From: Candidatus Woesearchaeota archaeon
GTDB lineage: Archaea > Nanobdellota > Nanobdellia > Pacearchaeales > GW2011-AR1
Direction: 5' to 3'
Assembly (NCBI GenBank): GCA_012798335.1
Contig: JAAZNJ010000004.1
Location: 1-47,371, forward strand
DNA length: 47,371 nt
Shown here: in pieces, positions 18,111 through 25,719 of the stretch
Numbering within the stretch: position 1 is the first letter of the stretch
Layout of the letters: every line of letters starts with the position of its first letter
Made by a program: the position numbers and the translations under genes
Notes under the pieces: model-generated
Databases searched by the model: none
What the model was told of the DNA's origin: nothing
What the model saw: only the letters and a program-made list of their open reading frames with translations

Positions 18111-19004
18111 TTATTTTAATAAAATTTCATCAAAATCTTTAGCTAAAAAAGTTTCTTTAAAATTTTTTTTAGCATAATCTTCTAAAATGTCAAAATCTTT
18201 TTCATATCTCTGGCTTATATGTGTTAAATATAATCTTTTTGAGTTTGATTTCTTTGCAATATTTAAAGCATCATCTATAGTTAAATGTAAATATTCTTTT
18301 GCTTTCTCTTTTAGAGAATTATCAAAAGTAGACTCACAAATTAAAATATCGCTATTTTTAACAAAAGAAATGATTTTCTTATTAAAAGAAGTGTCTAAAA
18401 CAAAAGAAATTTTTTTCCCTTTTTCTAAAGAAGTATAATCTTTATAAGAATAGGTTTTATTTTTAAATTTAATATTTTTTCCTTCTTTAAAATTTTTTAA
18501 AAGTTCTTCTTTAAATGGAAGATTTTTTATTTTTGTTTTATCAATTTTAAATTTATCTTTTTCTTGTATAAAATAAGAGTTACATGGAGCAGAATGAATC
18601 ATTGCCTTTGCACTTAAAAAATATTCTTCATTTTCAAAAAATTTACCTCCAATTTCTTCTATCTTTAAGTTAAATTCAGATTTAAAATAAAAAGTTTTCA
18701 AAAAAGAGAAAATAAAATTTTTTATTCCTTTTGGCCCATAAATTGTTAAATCTTTTTTTCTTTCATTAAAATTTAATGTTTCTAATAACCCCACTAATCC
18801 TAAAGTATGATCTCCATGCCAATGAGTTATAAGTATCTTAGAGATTCTATTCACATTGAAATTTATTTTTTTTAATTGTCTTTGTGTTCCTTCTCCGCAA
18901 TCAACTAAAAAAGAATCCTGGTTTGTTTCTACAAGTATAGAGGTATGATTTCTACTCTTTGTTGGAATCTGACTAGAAGTCCCAAGAAAAACTATCTTTA
19001 TCAT
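18111..19004 (-). CDS. rnz: Ribonuclease Z (tRNA 3' endonuclease, metallo-beta-lactamase fold)
   Basis: MIKIVFLGTSS start, HWHGDH (HxHxDH) motif, ~300 aa, and a C-terminal LTHIS motif. Confidence 0.8.
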   Translation of the reverse strand: MIKIVFLGTSSQIPTKSRNHTSILVETNQDSFLVDCGEGTQRQLKKINFNVNRISKILITHWHGDHTLGLVGLLETLNFNERKKDLTIYGPKGIKNFIFSFLKTFYFKSEFNLKIEEIGGKFFENEEYFLSAKAMIHSAPCNSYFIQEKDKFKIDKTKIKNLPFKEELLKNFKEGKNIKFKNKTYSYKDYTSLEKGKKISFVLDTSFNKKIISFVKNSDILICESTFDNSLKEKAKEYLHLTIDDALNIAKKSNSKRLYLTHISQRYEKDFDILEDYAKKNFKETFLAKDFDEILLK

Positions 19005-19115
19005 TTATTTTAAAATAAAAAATAATTTATATAACTTCTCATTTAAAGCTATTTATAAAAATAGATTTACAAATATAAAGAATATTATTTATTTTTAACA
19101 AGAAGGATTAATTTA

Positions 19116-19361
19116 TCATTTAAGAGCAGTTGATGCTGGAGAAATGCAAATTATAGTATCCCCTCTTAAAAAAGTTAAACCAAGACTTCTCTTGATTTCA
19201 CCGTTCTGTATCTCTTTGACATTATCAACAACCAAGTTGATATGTATATCAAAGGCTAAAAGGGTACCAACAAATTGCTTATCTCCCTTAAGATAAACCA
19301 AAACTTCTTGGCCTTTTGAAAGATTCAATAAGTCCAAAGGTCTGTCAATACTACTAACCAT
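19116..19361 (-). CDS. Sm-like archaeal protein (LSm/SmAP)
   Basis: 81 aa. The Sm1/Sm2 pattern is ...VLVYLKGDKQFVGTLLAFDIHINLVVDNV...LGLTFLRGDTIICI. Confidence 0.8.
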   Translation of the reverse strand: MVSSIDRPLDLLNLSKGQEVLVYLKGDKQFVGTLLAFDIHINLVVDNVKEIQNGEIKRSLGLTFLRGDTIICISPASTALK

Positions 19362-19382
19362 GTTTTAAGTTAATTATTTCCA

Positions 19383-19390
19383 TTTATAAA
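19383..19390 (-). promoter_or_regulatory. Candidate TATA box for the Sm-like gene (leaderless-type spacing)
   Basis: TTTATAAA lies 22-29 nt upstream of the ATG at 19361. Archaeal TATA boxes sit about 25-30 nt upstream of the transcription start. Confidence 0.35.
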
Positions 19391-19495
19391 AGTTTCGCAA
19401 TTTTAGTCTTAAAAAAATAAGGAAATAGAGTTCTATTAACTTATTGTTGGTAAAATCTGCTTTGAATGTCAATTTTTAAAAAGTTTAAATCAGGT

Positions 19496-19684
19496 TCATA
19501 AGTTTTTTGATATCCTTATCGCTACATGTGTATAAATTTGTGTCTTTTTCAAGTTCTTATGCCCCAATAATTGTTGTATATATTTTATATCTGAACCAAT
19601 TTTTAATAAGTGTGTTACAAAACTATGTCTTAATGTGTGAGGTGTCATGTTCTTCTTAATTTTGAACGAAATTCCTTGTTGCAT
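19496..19684 (-). pseudogene. Tyrosine recombinase (Xer/IntI-type integrase) C-terminal remnant, 62 codons
   Basis: [42 protein letters not shown] carries the HxxR, second His and catalytic Tyr boxes. A stop codon lies 2 codons upstream of the first Met, so the ~200+ N-terminal residues are absent. Confidence 0.75.
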
Positions 19685-19779
19685 ATTTTATAAAAAAAGA
19701 AAGTGCTTAATTAACAAGAATAAGCCAATTGATTGCAAACTTTTTCCTATTAAAGTTAAATTTTTGGGGGCGGGTTGCA

Positions 19780-19856
19780 CTCTCGCTTTGCTCGGGGCAA
19801 TTAACGAGAATTTAACAGTTCATGATTCGGCTCACCCTCACCCAAATTTTTCTGAT
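19780..19856 (+). repeat. Direct repeat A, left copy (77 nt; 4 mismatches to 25720-25796)
   Basis: ctctcgctttgctcggggcaattaacgagaatttaacagttcatgattcggctcaccctcacccaaatttttctgat aligns without gaps to the right copy. Confidence 0.9.
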
Positions 19857-19952
19857 TACTAATGAGGGGTTTCACAAATAAAAAATGTAAAGAAATATAA
19901 ACAAATACGATCTTTTTAATATAAGTAAATAATAACTATTTAAGGTATAAAT

Positions 19953-21029
19953 ATGCTTGATAAATTTATGAATAAAATTGTAAGAGGAGATTGTATTCAA
20001 GTCTTAAAAGAAATACCGGATAATTCAGTAGATTTGATTTTCGCAGACCCTCCTTACAATTTACAACTTCGTGGCGAACTTTGGCGACCAAACCAAACTA
20101 AAGTAGATGCTGTGAATGATGAATGGGATAAATTTAATAGTTTTGAAGATTATGATAAGTTTAGTCAAGAATGGCTTAAAGAATGTCTACGTGTTTTAAA
20201 AGAAAATGGAACTATTTGGGTTATCGGTTCTTATCACAATATTTTTAGAATTGGGAAAGTTATGCAAGATATAGGTTTTTGGATTTTAAATGACGTTTTG
20301 TGGATTAAAACTAACCCTATGCCTAATTTTAAGGGGACAAGATTTAATAATGCCCACGAAACTTTAATTTGGGCATCTAAAAATAAAGATTCAAGATATA
20401 CATTCCATTATAAAACTATGAAAGCATTTAATGATGATTTGCAATTAAGAAGTGATTGGTATATTCCCATTTGTAATGGTGGAGAAAGAATAAGAATAAA
20501 CGGAGAAAAAGCACACTCCACCCAAAAACCAGAAGCATTACTTTACAGAATTATAATTTCTACTTCAAATCCTAATGATATTGTGCTTGACCCTTTTATG
20601 GGAAGTGGAACAACAGGAGCAGTTGCTAAGAAATTAGGAAGAAACTTTATCGGAATTGAAAAAGAAGAATATTATATAAAGATAGCAAATGAAAGAATAG
20701 CTAATGTTAAACCTTATGCTCATCAAACTTTAGCTTATCCTCTTGAAGCTAAAAAACCTAAAGTCTCATTTGGAAATTTAATAGAAGCAGGTTTAATAAA
20801 ACCTGGAGAAAAGTTGTTCTCAAAAGACAAAAGACATAAAGCAGAAGTTTTGACAAATGCAACAATAGTTTTAAATAATATTTCTGGCTCAATTCATAGT
20901 GTTAGCGCACAGGCATTAGGCAAAACTTCTAATAATGGCTGGACATTTTGGTTCGTTGAGAGAGATAATAATTTAAAAAGTATAGACGATTTAAGAAAAG
21001 AATATATGGAAAAGTATATTACTTTATGA
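19953..21029 (+). CDS. N6-adenine DNA methyltransferase, beta class, CcrM/M.HinfI family (probable GANTC specificity)
   Basis: 358 aa, near-colinear with CcrM. Shared segments: DLIFADPPYNLQL, VDAV.D.WD.F.SF..YD.F, IWVIGSYHNIFR.G, GFWILND..W.K.NPMPNFKGTRF.NAHETLIWASK, H.TQKPEALLYRII, LDPF.GSGTTGA.AK.LGR.FIGIE, SGSIH. Confidence 0.9.
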   Translation: MLDKFMNKIVRGDCIQVLKEIPDNSVDLIFADPPYNLQLRGELWRPNQTKVDAVNDEWDKFNSFEDYDKFSQEWLKECLRVLKENGTIWVIGSYHNIFRIGKVMQDIGFWILNDVLWIKTNPMPNFKGTRFNNAHETLIWASKNKDSRYTFHYKTMKAFNDDLQLRSDWYIPICNGGERIRINGEKAHSTQKPEALLYRIIISTSNPNDIVLDPFMGSGTTGAVAKKLGRNFIGIEKEEYYIKIANERIANVKPYAHQTLAYPLEAKKPKVSFGNLIEAGLIKPGEKLFSKDKRHKAEVLTNATIVLNNISGSIHSVSAQALGKTSNNGWTFWFVERDNNLKSIDDLRKEYMEKYITL

Positions 21030-21033
21030 GGTG
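21028..21033 (+). promoter_or_regulatory. Shine-Dalgarno-like GAGGTG for the endonuclease gene, overlapping the methylase stop
   Basis: tGAGGTGttaatATG places the motif 5 nt upstream of the ATG at 21039. This suggests translational coupling of the M and R genes. Confidence 0.4.
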
Positions 21034-21038
21034 TTAAT

Positions 21039-21902
21039 ATGATAATGGACTTTGAACAATTCAAAAGCATTCTTAATAAAAAGATTTTTGAAGAATCAAA
21101 AGCTAAACTTATTGAAAATATAGCAAAATCTCCAAGTAGGTATATTGGGCTTTTCAGACCCACAAAACCCAAAGCCAAAATTTTACAAAATCTCTTACAA
21201 TCTCACGAAATTCGTTTTGGTGATGCTTTTGAAATTCTGATAGAAGAATATCTAAAGAAGTTTAGTTTCACCATACTTGAGAAAAAGTTCTCAACAACCA
21301 ATGAAGAGGAGTTAAACATAGACCAATGTTTTAAGAAAAATGGTAAGATATATTTTGTTGAGCAAAAAGTAAGAGATGATCACGATTCAACAAAGAAAAG
21401 AGGGCAAATACAAAATTTTGAAAAGAAACTTAATGAGATGATAAATAAACATGGTGAAAACAATCTTATAGGAATTTTTTACTTTATAGATTCTGAACTG
21501 AAAAAGAACAAGAACTATTATGATACCGAACTTAAAAGAATGTCAAAAGCGTATGGAGTTACTTTACATTTATTTTATGGTGAAGAACTTTTTACATTCT
21601 TGGGACATTCTGAAATTTGGAAAGAAATTTTGAAATATTTAGCTGATTGGAAAAAAGAAATTCCAGAATTGCCAGAAACCAACTTTGATTTAAATACACA
21701 AAACAGTTTTGAAGAAATTAAAGATTTAAACCCTGCTTGGTTTAGAAGTATATTTGATAATGATGAGGTTTTTAATGACATTATCTTAACAATCTTCCCA
21801 GAAAAGAAAACTTTAAAGTTGCTTTTTGAATACTTTAAAACAAAATCTTCTGAAAAGACAATCTATAAAACTCTAACTGAATCATTAAAAAACAGGATTT
21901 AA
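21039..21902 (+). CDS. Putative type II restriction endonuclease partner of the CcrM/HinfI-like methylase
   Basis: Starts 9 nt after the methylase stop. It has a PD-(D/E)xK-like signature NID-x12-VEQK. No other family was recognised. Confidence 0.55.
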   Translation: MIMDFEQFKSILNKKIFEESKAKLIENIAKSPSRYIGLFRPTKPKAKILQNLLQSHEIRFGDAFEILIEEYLKKFSFTILEKKFSTTNEEELNIDQCFKKNGKIYFVEQKVRDDHDSTKKRGQIQNFEKKLNEMINKHGENNLIGIFYFIDSELKKNKNYYDTELKRMSKAYGVTLHLFYGEELFTFLGHSEIWKEILKYLADWKKEIPELPETNFDLNTQNSFEEIKDLNPAWFRSIFDNDEVFNDIILTIFPEKKTLKLLFEYFKTKSSEKTIYKTLTESLKNRI

Positions 21903-21908
21903 GTAAAA

Positions 21909-22006
21909 CTCCCCTAAAAAAAGTAAAAAAAGATTGTCCCCCTCGATTCTTGTTCTTGATGTGTCGCATTCGCTCATTTGATAGAACGCCACTAAAAATT
22001 ACTTTG
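21909..22006 (+). repeat. Direct repeat B, left copy (98 nt, identical to 24620-24717)
   Basis: ctcccctaaaaaaagtaaaaaaagattgtccccctcgattcttgttcttgatgtgtcgcattcgctcatttgatagaacgccactaaaaattactttg is identical at both sites by eye. Confidence 0.9.
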
Positions 22007-22359
22007 CTGACGCAAGTTTCCAGAACTCCGCTTTGCTCGTAACTGGAAACGAACTTAACAGGAATTTAACTGTTCGCAGGGTCGCTTCGCCTAAAACACC
22101 AAGCGTTTTCCCCTGCTCTCCCAAATTCAAAATTTGTGGAATGCCCCAAAATTCCTCCGCTCTGAAAAATAAACTTCATTTAATCGCACATGTTCAACGA
22201 AATTCAGGGGGCTAACGAAGGGGGCAATTTTATTATTTAAAGGCGAGAAAACTATTTCCGAAAATCTTCCGGAAAAATCATCACAAAGTTTATATACTTT
22301 AATGTTTTATTAAGTAATATTCGTAAATTAACTAAAAAACTTTGAGGGCGCAAAACAAA

Positions 22360-22692
22360 ATGGCAAGTCAAGCATTAGAGCAAATCTTAGAATTTGCACC
22401 AATTTTTGGGCAGACACGAATGTATCGAACAATAGATAGATACACAAGCGGAACAACAAAATTGTATAGCTTCGATCCACCTGGATTAATGAATCAACAA
22501 CCATTTCAATTCGGATATGATTTACCAGGAACAAACACACAGTTTCATTTTCATGGACCTGATGCTGATCACTTAACTTATGGTAAACTGGTAGATTACG
22601 ATAGAAACACCTTGTTTGAAGAAAAAAATAGTTTCAACTTAGCAATGAATGACTTAAGATTTGATCAAGGCGGATTTAAAAAGTTCCCTTAA
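22360..22692 (+). CDS. Hypothetical protein (110 aa)
   Basis: The track ORF starts at a TTG at 22342; the first ATG is at 22360 (MASQALEQ...). No motif recognised. First gene of the block bracketed by repeat B. Confidence 0.4.
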   Translation: MASQALEQILEFAPIFGQTRMYRTIDRYTSGTTKLYSFDPPGLMNQQPFQFGYDLPGTNTQFHFHGPDADHLTYGKLVDYDRNTLFEEKNSFNLAMNDLRFDQGGFKKFP

Positions 22693-22729
22693 TTTTTTTA
22701 TTTCTTTTAAGATTATTTGAGGTAATAAA

Positions 22730-23011
22730 ATGAAAGAATTGGAAATAACGATGGTTAAAGATCTCATCAATGTTTATCAATCTTATTTTGAAAAAGGTCT
22801 TACAGACGAAGTAAAAAAAAACGCTAAAGAGATTGAAAGTAAATATCTTAATTCTTCTCCAATTGTCAGATCAGATTTAACAAACGCGAAAGGAAAATTA
22901 ACCTATTTTTACGCAGATATTCCACCAGGACCTATAAGCAAAATTGAAGCAAAAAAAATTGTCTTGAATCTTGAAAAATTAAAACATAAATTGGAAAATG
23001 ATAACTCTTGA
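22730..23011 (+). CDS. Hypothetical protein (93 aa)
   Basis: GAGGT lies 7 nt upstream of the ATG. Its 3' end overlaps the next ORF by 14 nt, which suggests an operon. Confidence 0.45.
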   Translation: MKELEITMVKDLINVYQSYFEKGLTDEVKKNAKEIESKYLNSSPIVRSDLTNAKGKLTYFYADIPPGPISKIEAKKIVLNLEKLKHKLENDNS

Positions 23012-24068
23012 TTCTATTTTGCTTGATGCTTCTTCTTTTGTTAGTTCTGAGTTTGGTTTTGATGTTGAGCAATCAAAATTAAAGCCTTATTCTCCGGAGA
23101 ATTGGCAAGAGTTTTGTCAAACTAATAATTTTGATATAAATAGTTCTGGAATTTATGTTCCTGCTTCTTATTCTGCATATGTTAGAACAGATAGTCTTTT
23201 TTTAACTTCTAATATTTTTCATGAATTTTATGGTCATGGTTTGTTTGTTGAACATTCTCAAATTGGGAAAAGATTAACTGAAATAATCCAAAATAATGGT
23301 GATGAAAAAAGTTTTATGTTTGATGAGATCAGTCCTCAAGAACAAACTTTTGGTATTGCAAAACACAATATTCACAATTATGAGGGTTTTGCTGTTTGGC
23401 TTGAAGCTTTGCTTTGCAATGAAACAGGTAATTCTAAAGTTTGGCAATTAAAAAGAGATAGATTGCCTGATGATTTTGTTTCATTGTTCGAATATTTTCA
23501 GGATGTTGAACAAAGATTTTCTCGTTTTGGCTTAATTTCTCAGATGGGTTTTCCTAAACACTATGATGATGATAAAGTTTTAGGTGTTGTAAGAAAATTA
23601 TATGGTTCTAATTTTAATAATGTTGATTTTGTTGTTATTTATGGTTCTCAGAAACCAGAAAGCGATATTGATTTATGCGTTGTTTCAAGTAATCCTTCAA
23701 CTCAATATTTTAACGGTTGGCTTGATATTGCAGAATTAAATAGAGAAGATTTTCAAAATCGAATAAATAATTTAGATATTGCTCTTACTGATGCAATGTT
23801 TTCAGGAAGATTAATATTTGGAGATGGAATTACTTTTCATCAATATAAACAAACTATTTTAGAAAAACCAATTTCACAAGAGATGATTGAATATAATAAA
23901 CGAAAATCGAAATTACAAAAAGAATATTTATCTAGTTATCGAGATAATGATAGAACGAAAAAATTGTGTTTATCTTATATTAATAGTTTTTCTCAAAATG
24001 CTGAACAACTAATTTTAGGAAATAAACCTCTAACTTTAAAAACTCTTCAACAACTTTATAAATGTTAA
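22998..24068 (+). CDS. Fusion protein: N-terminal unknown domain with an HEFYGH motif plus a C-terminal minimal nucleotidyltransferase (Pol-beta fold) domain
   Basis: VVIYGSQKPESDIDLCVV fits the GS-x(n)-DxD motif of NTP_transf_2-type nucleotidyltransferases. The N-terminal half has FHEFYGHGLF...YEGFAVWLE, which looks like metal-hydrolase motifs (HExxxH, not the classical HExxH). Confidence 0.55.
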   Translation: MITLDSILLDASSFVSSEFGFDVEQSKLKPYSPENWQEFCQTNNFDINSSGIYVPASYSAYVRTDSLFLTSNIFHEFYGHGLFVEHSQIGKRLTEIIQNNGDEKSFMFDEISPQEQTFGIAKHNIHNYEGFAVWLEALLCNETGNSKVWQLKRDRLPDDFVSLFEYFQDVEQRFSRFGLISQMGFPKHYDDDKVLGVVRKLYGSNFNNVDFVVIYGSQKPESDIDLCVVSSNPSTQYFNGWLDIAELNREDFQNRINNLDIALTDAMFSGRLIFGDGITFHQYKQTILEKPISQEMIEYNKRKSKLQKEYLSSYRDNDRTKKLCLSYINSFSQNAEQLILGNKPLTLKTLQQLYKC

Positions 24069-24083
24069 AGTGTTTACAAAAAT

Positions 24084-24545
24084 ATGGATAATAATAACTG
24101 TATATTTTGCAAAATCGTAAAAGGAGAAAGTCCTTGTCATAAAATTTGGGAAGATGAAAAACATCTTGCTTTTTTATCAATCTTTCCTAATACTGAAGGT
24201 TTTTCTGTGGTCATACCAAAAAAACATTTTTCTAGTTATGCTTTTGATCTGCCTGATGAAGTATTAAAAGATTTAGTAATTGCATCAAAAAAGGTCGCAA
24301 AATTAATAGATTCTAAACTAGAAGATGTTGGAAGAACAGGAATGATTTTTGAAGGTTTTGGTGTAGATCATGTCCATGCAAAACTTTTTCCAATGCACGG
24401 TACTTCTGATATGAAGAAATGGAAAGAAATTAAATCAAATGTCAACAAATTTTTTGAAAAATATGAGGGATACATTTCTTCACATGATTATAAAAGAGAA
24501 GATGATGAAAAGTTGAAGAAACTTGCAGAAAAAATAAGAAACTAA
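24084..24545 (+). CDS. HIT-family (histidine triad) nucleotide hydrolase/transferase
   Basis: CIFCKIVKGESPCHKIWEDEKHLAFLSIFPNTEGFSVVIPKKH is the typical HIT N-terminal half. The triad region reads VDHVHAKLFP, with the third His replaced by Lys as read. Confidence 0.75.
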   Translation: MDNNNCIFCKIVKGESPCHKIWEDEKHLAFLSIFPNTEGFSVVIPKKHFSSYAFDLPDEVLKDLVIASKKVAKLIDSKLEDVGRTGMIFEGFGVDHVHAKLFPMHGTSDMKKWKEIKSNVNKFFEKYEGYISSHDYKREDDEKLKKLAEKIRN

Positions 24546-24619
24546 TTCTTTTAGAAAAAGAACCAAAATAAAAGCCCCCTCTAAAATCTTCTTTTTAAAA
24601 AAAAGAAACAAAAAAGCCC

Positions 24620-24717
24620 CTCCCCTAAAAAAAGTAAAAAAAGATTGTCCCCCTCGATTCTTGTTCTTGATGTGTCGCATTCGCTCATTTGATAGAACGC
24701 CACTAAAAATTACTTTG
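24620..24717 (+). repeat. Direct repeat B, right copy
   Basis: Identical 98 nt to 21909-22006. Confidence 0.9.
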
Positions 24718-24774
24718 ATTTCTTCCAGTGGAACATTGCATTAAAAATTAATTCCTCCAAGGATTCGTGGGCAA

Positions 24775-24860
24775 CTAACAGCGATTAAGAAGAAAATCCT
24801 TGCAGGATTTTGCCCAAATTTTCACTTCGTGGAAACTTCTCTTGATTGCATATGTTAGGC
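24775..24860 (+). other. attC-like imperfect palindrome ending in a GTTAGGC core
   Basis: Layout: CTAAC-a-GCGATTAAGAAG-[AAAATCCT tgc AGGATTTT + 24 nt]-CTTCTCTTGATTGC-atat-GTTAGGC. The outer CTAAC/GTTAG arms and the inner 12-14 nt arms pair, with 1-2 unpaired bases. Confidence 0.4.
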
Positions 24861-24923
24861 GTAATTTTCGGGAGCGCAACTTTTTAAGAACTTTTATAAA
24901 CATTTAGAACAATTACTATAAAT

Positions 24924-25670
24924 ATGGGGGTATACAATAAACCACTTTACTATGAAATTGCATTTAGCTTTGTTGATGCAAAAAAACAAGTAGACTTGTT
25001 TGAGAAATTTATTGAAAAATATAGCAAGATAAAAGTAAAAAGAGTTTTGGATATCGCTTGTGGACCAAGTTTGCAGTTAAGGGAACTCGCAAAAAGAGAT
25101 TATGAAGTTATTGGTTTAGATTTGAGTCTACCAATGTTAAAATACCTGCAAGAAAAAGCAAAAGAGGAAGGTGTTAGAATAGATACTGTTAAAGCAAACA
25201 TGACAAATTTTAAACTAAAAAAGAAAGTTGATTTTGCTTTTATAATGATGGGGTCATTTAGATTCAAAAATAATGAAGATCTTTTAAAACATCTTGATTG
25301 TGTTTCAAATTCGCTCAAGAATGGAAGTTTGTATCTTATTGAAAATATGGAATTAGATTGGCTAAGTTTCAAACCTCAAAGCTGGATCATGAAAAGAGAT
25401 GGAATTGAAATCAAGACAACTTACAAACTAAAACAAAAAGATCCAATTTTTCAAACATCCGAAGAAATTATTAGTTTAGAAGTGAATGATAATGGCAAAA
25501 AATTAAAATTCGTTGAAAAAAGAATTATGAAACATATTTATCTTCAAGAATTTCTGGCTCTTGTTAAATTAAATAATAAATTTGAATTTCTTGGTCAGTT
25601 TGAACGCTTCAAATTCAAAAAATTAAAGAAAGGATGTATGGATAATATTATTCTTTTGCGTAAAAAGTAA
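24924..25670 (+). CDS. Class I SAM-dependent methyltransferase
   Basis: Motif I is VLDIACGPS. An acidic residue after beta-2 appears in VIGLDLS. Length is 248 aa. Substrate unknown. Confidence 0.75.
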   Translation: MGVYNKPLYYEIAFSFVDAKKQVDLFEKFIEKYSKIKVKRVLDIACGPSLQLRELAKRDYEVIGLDLSLPMLKYLQEKAKEEGVRIDTVKANMTNFKLKKKVDFAFIMMGSFRFKNNEDLLKHLDCVSNSLKNGSLYLIENMELDWLSFKPQSWIMKRDGIEIKTTYKLKQKDPIFQTSEEIISLEVNDNGKKLKFVEKRIMKHIYLQEFLALVKLNNKFEFLGQFERFKFKKLKKGCMDNIILLRKK

Positions 25671-25719
25671 TTGTGATGCGCTCCCGAAAACTTCTCCGCT
25701 ACGCTACGACAACTCTGAG

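Noticed and set aside
19647-19862. 71-aa ORF across island spacer 0, and the similar 60-aa ORF at 22033-22215 across spacer 1
   Set aside because: Both lie in the G+C-rich repeat modules. The second copy of repeat A (25720-25796) carries a stop in the corresponding frame, so the conservation is at the nucleotide level and not coding.
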